DNA of 63,952 bases, the filler included, from Squatina squatina (lineage: Eukaryota), in NCBI GenBank assembly GCA_031763465.1. It is 4 parts of 3 records of this genome, joined end to end, with 100 filler letters (N's around TTAATTAATTAA, not from the genome) between each part and the next. Parts side by side here need not be neighbours in the genome. Positions count along the whole stretch, not along the records: positions 50,964 to 63,952 come from JARFOE010000073.1; 3 more parts are not named here. One strand, given 5' to 3'. Under the pieces are notes generated by a model that saw nothing but the letters and a program-made list of their open reading frames with translations, searched no databases and was not told the DNA's origin. Positions 50,964 through 63,952 of the stretch are shown piece by piece. Position 1 is the stretch's first letter. The number at the start of each line of letters is the position of its first letter. The translations under genes and the position numbers were made by a program.

Positions 50964-52035
50964 CTCAGCGCTTTACACCATTGCCTTTTCACCACTGGGG
51001 CCTGCGTTCCAATTCAGCTATGCTGATGGGGTGAAGGGCTTCTGTCTCACCACAAGGATCCTCGCTGCAAGTGGCTGTGTGCCCACAACGCAAATGCCCA
51101 CTCTGTCACTCAAGGGGCTTCTACACTTCAGCAGATGCACAGCTCCCTGCAGTTTAGGCTATAAAGTGCTTTGGAACGACCCACAAACAGTAATGTGATA
51201 ATTACCAGTTAATCAGTTTTAGGTGTAGGTTGATAGGTACGTATTGGCCAGGACACCGGGGAGATCTCGCCTGCACTTCTTTGAATAGTGCCATGGGATC
51301 TCATACATCATTAAACTGCCTTTTCACTTCCTGTGGCCAGATATTGATATTGAAATTGGATTCAAAAATAGATGAATTGTACATTACAACAGTAAGTACA
51401 AATTGGCTGACTGGATTCTCACTGATCCCAGACAGAATGTAAATTCTTGGCAATCCCCTTCTATCAAAAACGCCTTACCAAGTATTAAGATGGTGTGTCA
51501 CTATACTGTGCTCATTTAAAACTCATTCCCTCAGGAGTTAATATATCTGCTAATATTTTAAGTCAATATTTCCGTGTTGTCCAACATGCGGTGTACGTGA
51601 ATGATGTCAATGGTCGTCTGCTGTTCTATACAGCTGCAGGAATCTGGCTGCTCTCCTCTGCTAGGTCAGGATGTTCCCCATCACTGACCTTTCCAGATGC
51701 TACTTTTGGGGTTTCCCTCTCCCTGTTCTGTGCACGGCTGACTACTGATAAAAACATAACTTGCGTTTTCCTGGTTCTCCTCCCAAGAGCTGATCAGCAC
51801 AGATCAGGGTTTGTCTGAACTACAGAGTGGCCCGTCAAACCATCCATCCCATTCATTTCAGCAATTCAATTGAAGCAAAGCCTATGGGGAATTTTGAACA
51901 AAAACACCACACATGGCCAAGATTTCTATAGTTAGTTTTTACAGTAAGCGTCTTAACTGGTAGTTTTACTGGAATCCTATGATCATCGCTTTCCTGTTTT
52001 TGATATTAGGGAATTACAATCACTATAATTCCCCC

Positions 52036-52138
52036 CAAAAAACAGAAAATGCTGGAAATAGTCAGCAGGTCAGGCAGCATCTGTGGAGAGAGAAACAGAG
52101 TTAACGTTTCAGGTCGATGACCCTTCGTCAGAACTGGA
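52036..52138 (-). mobile_element. Penelope-like element terminal repeat
   Basis: Multi-copy repeat (also at 15178 and 26663) carrying a hammerhead motif typical of PLE termini. Confidence 0.6.
52099..52135 (-). ncRNA. minimal type-I hammerhead ribozyme
   Basis: AGUU-CUGACGA-AGGGUCaucGACCU-GAAA-CG-UU-AACU: conserved CUGANGA and GAAA cores, stem II hairpin, palindromic ACGU stem III, and AGUU/AACU stem I. Confidence 0.65.
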
Positions 52139-52659
52139 NNNNNNNNNNNNNNNNNNNNNNNNNNNNNNNNNNNNNNNNNNNNNNNNNNNNNNNNNNNNNN
52201 NNNNNNNNNNNNNNNNNNNNNNNNNNNNNNNNNNNNNNAGCTTTTTATTCCAGAACTATTTAATTTATTTAATTTAAAGTCCTCAACTGCCAGGTGGGCT
52301 TTGAACTCATGATGACTGGATCACTAGTCCAGCCCTCTGGATTACTAGCCCAGTAACATAACCGCTATGCTACCGTACCCATAGTCACGCCACGCTGCCC
52401 GCCTCCGTAGGTCCCTGATTTTTAATTTTGAACCCTGTCGACCCTCTCCTAACCATTGCGGGGTGGGGGTTAACATTGACCATCCCTGTCTGTATCCTTA
52501 CAGCTGTAGCTGAGCGAGTTGCCGCAATTTCTATTGCCTCTTCCTCCAACTGGTTGAAGACTTCGATGTTTGCTGTCCCTCCTCCTGTTACCCGTCAGTC
52601 TCAAATTGTGAGCAACTTTTTTCCTGCATGAGAAAACAATGCTCGTTTCTGTCAGGCAT

Positions 52660-53080
52660 AGTATCATACAGCGCAAATAGAGGCCATTCAGCCCATTGTG
52701 CCTGTGCCGGCCCTTTGGTAGGCCTATCCAATTTTTCCACTCCCCTAATCTTTCCCCACAGCCCTGTAAATGTTTTCCCATCAAGTATTTACCCAATTCC
52801 CTTTAGAAAGTTATAAATTAATCTGCTTCCATATCATAATAACTCGCTGTGTAAAATGTTTCCTCATGTCACCTCTGGTTCTTTTGCCAATCACCTTAAA
52901 TCTGTGTCCTCTGGTTACCAGCCCTTCTGCCACTGGAAACAGTTTCTCCTTATTTAATCTATCAAAGCCATTTGTTATTTTGAACACCTCTATTAAATCT
53001 CCTTTTAACCTTCTCTTCTCTAAGGAGAGCAATCCCAGTTTCTCTAGTTTCTCCACGTAACTGAATTCCCTCAATCCTGG
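52660..53080 (-). mobile_element. CR1 LINE 3' end
   Basis: LEKLGLLSLEKRRLKGDLIEVFKI...TRGHRFKVIGKRTRGDMRKHFTQRV. Confidence 0.85.
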
Positions 53081-53946
53081 TGCCCTTCTGGCAAATCACC
53101 TCCACGCCTAATTCCCAGCAACCAAAACACAACAGCCCGCATCTGACTCGGAGGTGCCAGACACGGGTGCGGCAGATCGATGGGGCCTGGGTGTTGTGCG
53201 ACCCCACAGACTCTCTTAAGGAGATTAAAGCAGTTGCACGGTCACATTTCGATTATTCTTGAGCGTTAGCAAGTTGGCGACGGTGCCATGGTAACAGCCA
53301 GACTTTATTCAGTGGTGTCTGCTGTTAATCTTGTTACCTTCCTGTAAACTGTTCTGGAATGCCGGCACAGAGTAAACATGGGAAGGAAACCTCGGCGAGA
53401 GTTACAGAGTGTGCTTCCTGTTTTCCACCAACACCGCTGCCTCATTATATATCGGGAGAGGGATCGGGCTGATCATTCAACTGATGTATTTAAAGAAACA
53501 ATTCTTTATCGTGCTATGACAGATCTCCCCCTTCAACTCTGTTCCTCCAATAGTCTCCATCCACTCATGCTGGTCCCCACACAAACTGCACCTTGTCCAA
53601 AATCCATTTGCTCATATCCTATCCCGCACCAAATCCCACTCCCCTATCCCGCACTAAATCCCANNNNNNNNNNNNNNNNNNNNNNNNNNNNNNNNNNNNN
53701 NNNNNNNNNNNNNNNNNNNNNNNNNNNNNNNNNNNNNNNNNNNNNNNNNNNNNNNNNNNNNNNATTTTTCAGGAGAACACTGTCTCTTTAAATAGTCTGA
53801 AGTGGCTGTAGACAATGATATTCTCTTTTTCTTCTGTTCAATTCAAATCGTATTCTAGTAACTCACCACATCTGCCGTGAATTGTGGTTAACGCCAAAGA
53901 GTTATTGATGTGGGACGAGGGTTAACCATTTCTCAATCTCTTGCAG

Positions 53947-54136
53947 TTTGATATTTGGAGCAATTACTTGTGTCACTGGATTCCTCGGACTGATTGTGGG
54001 TGTAGCAGCGACAAGATGGTACCGGACTAAAAGCTCCCGGGCCGATCCCCTGGTCTGTGCGTTTGGAATGCTCAGCTCATCCATATTCATCAGCCTGATC
54101 TTTGTGTTTGCCCGGTTCAACAACGTGGGAGCTTAT
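53947..54136 (+). CDS. SPNS2: Spinster homolog 2 (S1P transporter, MFS) exon (190 nt)
   Basis: CAG/GTAAG; [63 protein letters not shown]. The ATRW and VGAY residues are SPNS2-like, and the exon lies next to MYBBP1A. Confidence 0.85.
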
Positions 54137-54469
54137 GTAAGTATAACCCATGTCTATCTCCGCCTCACTACAAACCCCGAGTGCTGTTCGAAGGCTTCAC
54201 GAGGTTGTTTGCCATTTGGGCAAACGATTTTACAGAAGTCTCCTCGATTTGAATGGTACTCACCAAATAATCTTTGCCTGAATTTTATTGGAAACAATCC
54301 TCTTTAAAACAAAATACACAAATGAAGATTGAGCTTGTGGGATTAGGAAACTGTTATAACAAACCAGATACGACAAAGATGGCCCACCACCACCTTCTCA
54401 GGGGCAACTAGGGATGGGCAATAAATGTCCGCCTTGCCAGCGTCGCCCACATCCCAGGAATATAAAAAA

Positions 54470-54850
54470 GATGAAAGAACAAACCAGTGCCTTTCACAAC
54501 ATCAGGATTTCCCAAGCGCTTTACAACCAATGCAGTCACTGTAAGGAACACAGCAGCCAATATGTGCACAGCAAGTTCCCACAATAATGACCAGATAATC
54601 TGTTTTTTTTTAATATGTTGTTTGAGGGAATACATATTGGCCAGGACACTGGGGAGAACTCACCTGCTCTTCGAAATAGTGCCGTGGGATCTTTTACATG
54701 CACCAGAGAGGGCAGACGAGGCCTTGGTTTAACGTCTCATCCGAAAGACGGAACCTCCGACAGTGCAGCACTCCCTCAGCACCGCACTGGAGTGTCAGCC
54801 TAGATTTATGTGCTCAAGTCTCCGAATCAGAAGGTTGTGGGTCCAAGACC
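54470..54850 (-). mobile_element. DeuSINE (SacSINE1-like)
   Basis: Reverse-complement match to 22245-22585. Confidence 0.7.
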
Positions 54851-57800
54851 AAATTCCAGAGGCAAGTGTGCCACCCACTGGAGCCACAAAGACAAAATGG
54901 ATTCTGTAGAATCCATGACAGGAAACTGTGTGTGAAGAGTGGACTATATAGCATGAAAAAAATTCCAGGGCCAAAAAGGTACTCAAAAAAAGTTATTTAA
55001 ATAACTTTCTAAGTGACAATTTTCCAAAGGGTAAATTCCCAGTTCTAGTCAAGCTGCCAAAAGAAGAAATGGAATGGAGACTAAGTATATCCTCTTTTTT
55101 TTTTTAAAAAAAGAAATTGAAAGCAGTGGGTTAACCAAGAATGCTACACACTTTCAAAGCCACAGAAAACAGGTTGCCTGTCCATTCTGAAGCTTCGGTA
55201 GTTTATAACATGGAGTGTAGGGGGAGATACCCGGAGGACAGACTGTTACTTTAATAAAACTGCCTGAGGTTGGCATGCCTTCCATTTACCTTCCTTGGGT
55301 TGTTGAAAGAGAGCGAGTGGAGTACCTGCATTCTGCTACATCAAAAAGATTTTGGGGCTACAACATGGCTACTTATAGTCAGCTCAGAATACAGAAAAAG
55401 CACTGAACATCTGCCGAAGATGACAAACAGGTGCAGGTATAACCAACATGGATCCAAATCTTCCAAGCTTCTGCAGGCATAATTTCACACTTTTCTGTGC
55501 TGTATTTAAATGTTCAAGCTCTAGAGATCAACAATTGTTGACGGAAACCCATTTGTTACTGGGGAATGTTTGACATTCAGCAAGTGAATCTCACAGAAAC
55601 ACGAATGCAGAAAGGTTCTGAATCGCAACTCCATTTACTTTCCAGGGTTGCTTGTGACCACAAGAGCACCACTGAAGGCAACCCTGCAACATTAACATTC
55701 TGGTATGAAAAATGCTATTAAAACAAGATGTCCAATAAGTATATGGGTTCCTACAAATGTTTTGCTTTAATTTTTCTTTAAAAAATGTATAACAAAATAT
55801 TTTCAGGGCTTCAGTGGGTATTGATCACCATTATCTGTGGAATTATTTTTCTAAGAGGCTGGAAAATATACGAGTACAAACAGAAGGTTGTATCATTTTT
55901 TTTTCTCCCTTTGTGAAAGAGAGAAGAGAGAAAGAAAAGGATTTGCATTTATANNNNNNNNNNNNNNNNNNNNNNNNNNNNNNNNNNNNNNNNNNNNNNN
56001 NNNNNNNNNNNNNNNNNNNNNNNNNNNNNNNNNNNNNNNNNNNNNNNNNNNNNAGCCAAGATTTATAGCAGCTGGTCCAATTCTACCTCGGTCCTTCGCG
56101 TGACTCCTTTCTTACCTCCTGCCCACAGTCTTTGCAAACACAGAGCTTGATGTCACCCAGCGTCTTCATTTTATCTCACCTTTCACTCCTGCTGCTTTTC
56201 AAGCTTGGTGTCCTGCACTTTGGGTTACCGAGGATTTTTCCCAATCAGAAAGGAAAGCGAGGATTGAGGGACTAGGACAGTTGGCAATCACACACGAGAA
56301 TCTTTGTCTGAAAGCAGGAGACCTGATTTATTTTGGGATTTCATTTGAAGCTGGAGATGAGCCAAATTTACACGAACTGGGAAGGGCTTCTTTTGATTAT
56401 TCTTTTTGCAAAGCAGAATTTGACTCGATCAGCACGCAATGCGTTTTAATAATCTGACAGACAGAAACCTCTGCCCAGTCTTTGATCTGGGTGCACCCAC
56501 ATTCTGTAGCGATCCAGCTATCTCATTGTGCTTTTCCACTGCAGAATGCGCCCTCGTGTCATCTATTTGTTTGCTGGCTTGACTCCAGGCGTGTTTCCCA
56601 TCAAATATGACACCAGATGGGATGCATTTAATCAAAGGATTTAATTGCANNNNNNNNNNNNNNNNNNNNNNNNNNNNNNNNNNNNNNNNNNNNNNNNNNN
56701 NNNNNNNNNNNNNNNNNNNNNNNNNNNNNNNNNNNNNNNNNNNNNNNNNCAGGAATGACCATGAAGCCGTCCAATTGTTGTTAAAAACCCAAATGGTGCG
56801 CAAATGTCCTTCACGGAACTCCTGCCCGAACTAGTCTAGACATGACACCAGCATTAAGTGCTGGCTTTGCCAGCCTCACCCAACATGCTTTTTTTCAAAA
56901 CTGGAAGGAAAGAAACGTGTATGTTGTGTAGCAAAACAGAGAAAGATCTGCAATGGGCAAGTACGGAGTCAAGGTGATGAATAACTCTGAGGACTGTTTT
57001 CACCTGACAAAAGCTGAATATTATTCTTGGCAAGCTGATGAAAAGACTCAGTTTGCAAAACAAATTAAGTGAATTTCCTGACTAAGAGCAATGGTATTTT
57101 TATTGTTCTGAGGGCTGGACGACAAATCGTTTATTCAGACAAGACCTTAAGAAATCTCTGGAATGTCGACGTTTCCTAAAAACATCATTTGCATTTCGAA
57201 ATGACGGAAGTGCTGACACAATGAGTCGAATGGGTTATTGTGAAGTCAGCACCAGATAAGCGAGGAACAATGGCTGTTTAGGAAGTACGTGTTTTCATGT
57301 GGCCAGACACCTCCAGGACTGTGGGTCTTAGTAGGTTCTTCAGGAAAGGGGTTTCTGTCAGTAGAATGACTGAATTATGGTCTGGAAGGTTTTGTGCAAC
57401 AGTTGGTAGTACGTTCCTTCACCTTTCCCCCCCCATCTCCAAGATAAATGCCCAACACCCATCAATTTCAGATTACACGCACTGACTCCCGCTCTGCCAA
57501 TCCTTTCAACGCCAGGGTGAGATATACAGGCACTGGTTGCAAACATTCACGATCAGGTCCCAGGTTCAATCTCTTAGTCTGATCTCAGCCTGAGTGGCAG
57601 TGGGGGTCTTGCAATTGACTCCAGCACTCTGGGGAGGGGAAGAATGAGCCAAGGTTCCTGCTCGGGGTTGCCATGCAATGACTTTGTTGTGCAGTTGCGA
57701 TGATGGGTGAGAAACAGATTACGCTTGGCTGTAATATCTAAGCCCCATGATGTACATTATAACTCTAGGGATATAATACCACGTGTATATTATAGAATGG

Positions 57801-59595
57801 ACACACTACCTTCCCTTTGTATTTATACCAGAGACCGGGAGGTAAATTACATTGATTGCTGACTGGACAGTTACAAGTGAGGATGTGAGAAAGCCTTGTG
57901 ATAGTTGACAACTTGTGCGTTGCCTTTTTATGATACATTCACAGCCCAAGTTGTGTTGGTGGGAAGCATTTGTCCCGACACAAAACTTGTGGAGAGTAAA
58001 TTGACTGTTGAGGACTGGAGACTGCGGAAGGAGGTGGAATCTGCTGTTCACTCCTGGTCAGATCGGATTCGGAGTCTGGATTCAGACCACAGTCATACTA
58101 TAACCACAACGTCAGTGGGAAGCGAAACTGCTGTCACAGTGTGAATGCACCTTTAATAANNNNNNNNNNNNNNNNNNNNNNNNNNNNNNNNNNNNNNNNN
58201 NNNNNNNNNNNNNNNNNNNNNNNNNNNNNNNNNNNNNNNNNNNNNNNNNNNNNNNNNNNCCACGTTGCGCTGACCCGGAATTGAGGCTAAGAGCCCAATT
58301 CCGGGTCAGGGCACTTCGCTGGCGGTCAACGCTCCCCGTGTGAGTCGGCCTCCACTGCAGCACCCCGTTTCAGTGCTGTCCAACTGGGCCCCCTCCATTC
58401 CTATCCGATCAGCTGGCTCAAACTCTTATTTTGCTCACTTTTAATTAATTGGTTCTGAAAAGTTAAACTAACTGCATTGTTCTGCCAGGACAATCAAATG
58501 ACCAAGAGTAAAATCACAACCATACTATAATGATTGCCCCTGTTCTGCCACAACAGTCATTTGAGAATTATACCGCACCAGGATTGCACTCCTGCAATTT
58601 CACTGAACGCTGGTTGCCTTTATGGATTTTGTAAGTTTAACTCAGCTTTTTAAAATTTAGACTACTGCATGTGACTTGTTTTTAAAAGAGCTGCTCAGTT
58701 TACAATGCTGGGAAGCCCCAGTTATAACAAGCATTTATTCTAGCACTATTGCTTGGCCTGTGAAGTTACTGATCAGGACAGCACAGGTTCAAAGATAGTG
58801 CATAACCGAGACAATTTTAAAATGGTGGTGGGCAGGGGGATATCAAACGGTGACTTTCCATTCCTCAGTCAGTGTGCTCATGAACAGTGCGGCAAAACAG
58901 GGCTTAATACAACACCACCACCAGCTGGCAGGGAGACGCACTTCACCCTCTCTACTGAGGAGTCGATCGTTAACAAGTTTGTTCAGAGTAAATAGCACGA
59001 AATCCACAAAGGTTAAAAAGAGTCATTCTGAACAGAAACTATAATTACAATATCATATTACATTTTTCAAGAGCAGAAATTCAAAACAATGGATTTGATT
59101 AGTTTACTGGCCCACTGTGAAACTGTAGTAAACTGGTAATGTCTTTCTTAGCACTGGCTAATCGCCTGTGGCGCTGCTCACCAGAAAGCTGGGATCTGGA
59201 GCAACGTTCCCGTTGAATTTTCTTTGGTGCGCAGCCCTTCCAAAAAAAACCACACATGCACGGTTTTCACCACTGAAAAGACGGCTGTGCGGGAGTTGCA
59301 AAGAGCTGCGCAGCTTAAACGGGAATAATGATCTGGATTACAGTTGCGACATTTAGTTGCTAATCTGGCCTATCTCTTTTAAGGCCTTTGCTTCCTGCAA
59401 GAGTTCCAGGTAACGGGCCTGAGGAAGTTACAAGCAGCTACGAGGTGTCAGTAAATTACCTGTAAATTTCAGGCTGTAGGTCAGAACAATCCAGGACAAA
59501 TTCGGCAACACCGACCAATTTCCTGTGAAAATTCTAGATGGTGAGGTCTTAAAAAATAGATTTCCTTTTACCCGTGTAGTTAATCTTTATTTTTA

Positions 59596-59846
59596 AAGGA
59601 CCAGAGGGAGTCGAGGAGAATTTTTAAAAAAAGTTATGCTATGATCTGGAATGCACTACCTGAAGGGGTGGTGGAAGCAGATACAATAGTAACTTTCAAA
59701 AGGGAATTGAATAAATACTCGAAAAGGAAAAGTTTGTAGATATAGTGAAAGAGCAGAGGAGTGAGACTAATTGGAGAGCTCTTTCAAAGAGCCGGCACAG
59801 GCACGATGGGCCGAATGGTCTCATTCTGTGCTGTATCATTCTATGA
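59596..59846 (+). mobile_element. CR1 LINE 3' end
   Basis: ATCTGGAATGCACTACCTGAAGGGGTGGTGGAAGCAG..GGGCCGAATGG..ATTCTATG, as at 20556-20880. Confidence 0.75.
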
Positions 59847-60431
59847 CTTTGAGTCTGAAGAAATTCAGCAGCTCTGTGGAGGCCCATGAAAATCATAAAT
59901 CCTGAAAATGGAATTTTGGCTAAAAACTGCACCTTTTTAGGATTTAATCCGACGCTGCTCCCTTCTTTGCTCCTACGTTATTTGCCAGCTGTCCTCCTCA
60001 AATCCACTCATACCTTTNNNNNNNNNNNNNNNNNNNNNNNNNNNNNNNNNNNNNNNNNNNNNNNNNNNNNNNNNNNNNNNNNNNNNNNNNNNNNNNNNNN
60101 NNNNNNNNNNNNNNNNNTGAATGGCTGCCTCCTGTTCCGACGTTCAGTCCTGACAGTTATATTAAAACCACAAATCAGCCTCCTCAATATCTCGAGTTTC
60201 TTAAATTACTGACAAAGCTCTGAATCAGTTAAACTCAAGCCCTTCAAACACACGGTTGTCATTGGTTTTCACCCCTTACTAATCAATAAGTGAGGTACAA
60301 AATGAAACATTTTAGATATTTTCTTATTCAAAGGCCTCGTGCCAATAGTAGGCCCATCTCCCTGGTCATCTGCTGTTTCACTGCAGTATAATTGTGCAGT
60401 TAATTAAGCTTTAATGCACAAACCAACTCAC

Positions 60432-60721
60432 AGGTCAGCTCGCTCCTTGTTCTCCTTCTGCCGTTTGGTGCTGAAGTCTATGCAGGCGCCAAGGTCCGGG
60501 TGGATGAACATATTTTTTAACCAGTCGACGTATTTCAACAAAGCCGAGGGCTGCAGGTGGCGGACCACTTTCCAGTAGCTGGGGATCACGGGGTAACCTT
60601 GGTTAGTGAGGCACGAGAACCCTGTTACCACCGCAAACTGTTTCTCCGCGTCCTGGGTGCTTTCAAGGAATGAGTCAACATGTGTCTCCATTTCTGGTGC
60701 GAACCTGAACCTGTCTGGGAG
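60432..60721 (-). CDS. MYBBP1A: Myb-binding protein 1A exon (290 nt)
   Basis: CAG/GTGAG; LPDRFRFAPEMETHVDSFLE..TNQGYPVIPSYWKVVRHL..YVDWLKNMFIHPDL..DFST. Confidence 0.88.
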
Positions 60722-61017
60722 CTGAAAATCAAATGTTTTAATTAGTGATCTCCAGCAGGATCAGCGATAGAACAACTCTGTTTCTCTCGCCCTCGCCTCA
60801 CTTGGCTGGGGCAGTGCAGTTCTCCATGACATCAAAGTTACAGAGTGCAAAATACACAAGTACACTAAACAACTTACATTTATTGTAGCACCTTTATCTT
60901 AGGAAAACATCCCCAGGNNNNNNNNNNNNNNNNNNNNNNNNNNNNNNNNNNNNNNNNNNNNNNNNNNNNNNNNNNNNNNNNNNNNNNNNNNNNNNNNNNN
61001 NNNNNNNNNNNNNNNNN

Positions 61018-61570
61018 AATGTACCGTAACACCCAAATCTCTCTACTCTTCCATAGCTCTTAGTGACTCACCATTGAAAAAAATATTCCAAATTTTCTCT
61101 CTTGGATCCAAGGTGGATGACCTCACACCTGGCCACATTGAACCCCATCTGCCATAGTTTTGCCCACTCACTTAGTCTGCCTCCTGACTTGGTGTCATCA
61201 GTAAACATGGATATATACTCTCTATTCCTCCATCCAAGTCATTGAGATCAATGGTGAAAAGCTGAGGTCCCAGCACAGGTCCCTGTGAACACCACTTGTC
61301 ACCACCTGCCGATCAGAGAACATTCCCATTATCCCTACTCTGTCTCCCAGCCCCCAACCAATTACCAACCCATGGTCACAAGGATCCCTCCAATTCCGTG
61401 AGCTTTTATTTTTGCTAATAATCTCCTGAGCGGAACCTCATCAAATGTCTTCTGGAAGTCCATAGAGACAATGCCCATAGACACTCCTCTATCTACCAAG
61501 CTAGCGATCTCCTCAAAAAGTTCATTAGATTAGCTGAGATCTGACCTACCCATTACAAATCCAGTCAGAT
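61018..61570 (-). mobile_element. CR1-group LINE RT fragment, degraded
   Basis: Minus strand contains SGVPQG-like (agtggtgtt..acagggacctgtgctgggacc) and ADDTK-like (ctgatgacaccaag) remnants. Confidence 0.6.
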
Positions 61571-61645
61571 TCTCTGATAAAGTCCCTGAGCCATTCAGGG
61601 ACTTTATAAAAAAAAACTTTTAACTGGTCTAACCTAAAGCCTTAC

Positions 61646-61753
61646 CTCAGATAGGATGTCCACAATCGTTTTCCTTGGCAGATCTCGGAGGTGCTCCTTA
61701 AACTGAGCGAGGCTTTGCAGCAGCTGGATCGACTGCAGAAGAATCTCTGGCTC
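61646..61753 (-). CDS. MYBBP1A: MYBBP1A upstream exon (108 nt)
   Basis: TAG/GTAAG; EPEILLQSIQLLQSLAQFKEHLRDLPRKTIVDILSE. Confidence 0.85.
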
Positions 61754-62400
61754 CTAGCAACAAACAATTTTGAAACACTTAATTTATTGCACTAGTGAAT
61801 TAAATTGAAAAGCCCAACACATCATTACAGTCCCAAAGCCAAGGAGGATCACCAACTTCATCAGACAGGTCGCAATCGGATGTCACTGCATAATAAATAA
61901 TTACATACACACACATGCAGACAAAGTCGTATAGTGAAGGTAAGCATGGGCAAAGTAACGATGCAGAATCATCGAAAAACACCGCAGGAGAAAAACAGGT
62001 GGGAGAGGCAGCTGAGGGAAGACAACAGGGAGAGGGGGCAGAACGGACTGTGGGCTGCAGTAACTAACTTAAAAACGGTGCTCGCTGGGCTGGAGAGAAG
62101 CAGCCCTGAGTGGCAGAGTAAGGGGGAAGGAGAAAGAATTGATGTCAGGCTGTGATAAGTTANNNNNNNNNNNNNNNNNNNNNNNNNNNNNNNNNNNNNN
62201 NNNNNNNNNNNNNNNNNNNNNNNNNNNNNNNNNNNNNNNNNNNNNNNNNNNNNNNNNNNNNNTATTTTGTCACTTTTCGGTGGTTCTAACTCATTTGAAG
62301 TGATAGCTGTTGATTTACTGACTCAGCAGTTGTGTTTACACTCATATGCTTATGTTGGTGATTTGTATTGTGTGTAAAATCGAATTCAAATGTTTTTCAG

Positions 62401-62465
62401 GTTTTTGTTATGTAGAATTTGATGACCTGGATTCTCTTAAAGAAGCTTTGACATATGATGGAGCA
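62401..62465 (+). CDS. EIF4H: eIF4H exon (65 nt; RRM RNP1)
   Basis: CAG/GTAAG; (G)[21 protein letters not shown]. Confidence 0.88.
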
Positions 62466-63554
62466 GTAAGTATTTATTTTCAGTAGCAGCTGATGAAATA
62501 GCGAGCAGATTGTTCTAAATATCTGGTTTCAGAGCTACTGTTGATTGTAAGCATACCTTGTCAGAGAATATTTCATGTATCATTTTTAATTGGGCAACTT
62601 GTACACCTTTTATACACTAGATATATTTTAAGTTGGTAAGAATGGTCAGGCCTCACGAATCATTATAGAGCTTGGCTCCAGCTCCTAATGTGAAGCAAGT
62701 TCCTTTAATGAGGACAGTTTAAAAAATGCTAACACAAACATAATAAATATATAAATGGCACAAGTTAGATAATCTACTAATAGATATAAAATGACACTTC
62801 TTCCCACACATGCAATGAGGATGAGCATTAGACAAGGTGTATCTACACACACACACATTATATATATATATAATATATATATTTTCTAGTCGCATACAAA
62901 TTTCTATCACGCTTTTTTAAAAAGTATTAAAAAAGTCATTTTCTGCTGGTTTCCCAGCAACACAAAATACCCTCCAATGACCTTAGGATGTACGAAACAA
63001 AAACTGTTTTCTATATGGCCACACAATGTGCCTGCAACAAGAATTTCTGTATTATATTTTTAAATATGACTTTACATAAACAGGATAAATCTGACTGTGG
63101 AATATTTATCACATNNNNNNNNNNNNNNNNNNNNNNNNNNNNNNNNNNNNNNNNNNNNNNNNNNNNNNNNNNNNNNNNNNNNNNNNNNNNNNNNNNNNNN
63201 NNNNNNNNNNNNNNCTGGCATTAGAATTGTGGGTGAGTGGGAGTATAATAGGGTGGATGGTGGTTAATGCATGAACAAGTATAGCGGGTAGAAGAGCTGA
63301 CTGCTTTGAAGTTCGCAGAGAGGTCAGGGATGTGCGGTGCTCAGAATCACCCAGGATTTTGAGCAGTCTGGTGTCAGTACTGTGAAGGGATTTGAACAGG
63401 GAGAGGTGATTCTGAGGACCTTAAGGAAGGGGAAGGGGATCTGAGCAGTAGTTTTAGATGGTGGTAGGGGAATGATGGCTGTTTTGAAGGTGGAGAAACA
63501 ATACCCAGAGAGTTATTAGCGATGTCTATAAGGGTTGCTTACGGTGAGTGATTA

Positions 63555-63952
63555 GAATCGTAGACATTTATGGCACAGAATGAGGCCATTCGGCCAAAAA
63601 AGAGCTATCCAGCCCAATCCCAGTTTCCAGCTCTTGGTCCGTAACCTTGTAGGTTACAATATTTCAAGCGCATATCCAAGTACTTTTTAAATGCGGTGAG
63701 GGTTTCTGCCTGTATCGCTCTTTCAGGCAGTAAGTTCCAGACCCCCATCATTATCTGGGTGAAAAATTTCTTCTCTAGTCCTTCTGCAAATTACTTTAAA
63801 TCTATGCTCCCTGGTTATTGACCTCTCCTGTCTACTCTATCTAGGCCCTTCATAATTTCATAAATTTCAACTAAATCTCCCCACAGCCTCCTTGGTTCCA
63901 AAGAAAGCAAGCCCAGCCTATCTAATCTTTCCTCATTGATAAAATTCTCCAG
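63555..63952 (-). mobile_element. CR1 LINE 3' end
   Basis: Reverse complement of the CR1 ORF2 end and 3' UTR (TTTTTCACCCAG..GGTCTGGAAC). Confidence 0.7.

Noticed and set aside
52428-52631. Hydrophobic ORF upstream of the SPNS2 exon
   Set aside because: No SPNS similarity and no convincing donor site.

Overview
This is eukaryotic genomic DNA, not prokaryotic. It looks like a fragmented cartilaginous-fish (shark-like) assembly, inferred from the repeat content: DeuSINE/SacSINE1-like SINEs, CR1 with (TTCTATGT)n tails, RTE, L2, Penelope and Harbinger remnants. Four separate scaffolds are joined by artificial N44-TTAATTAATTAA-N44 linkers at 19570, 38569 and 50864, and each scaffold has many 100-N gaps with exons missing. 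Scaffold 1 (1-19569): two SDK1 exons on minus. Scaffold 2 (19670-38568): a voltage-gated Na channel alpha gene on minus (SCN5A lineage by WDR48 synteny), plus two WDR48 exons on plus. Scaffold 3 (38669-50863): the last TRIM50 exon, six LIG3 exons, and a divergent HCAR/OXER1-like GPCR on minus. Scaffold 4 (50964-63952): one SPNS2 exon, two MYBBP1A exons on minus, and one EIF4H exon. The most interesting observation is two tandem, fully open 123-nt copies of the Nav domain-III S3-S4 voltage-sensor exon (21969-22091 and 19730-19852). They are a candidate mutually exclusive pair in which the position of the SCN8A 18N poison exon still codes for protein. Also notable: a minimal hammerhead ribozyme in a Penelope terminal repeat, a U12 AT-AC intron acceptor, hAT MITEs carrying NRF1-like palindromes, and an abrupt break in the LIG3 zinc-finger exon. 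Gene names come from recalled protein similarity, not database searches, and repeat boundaries are approximate.
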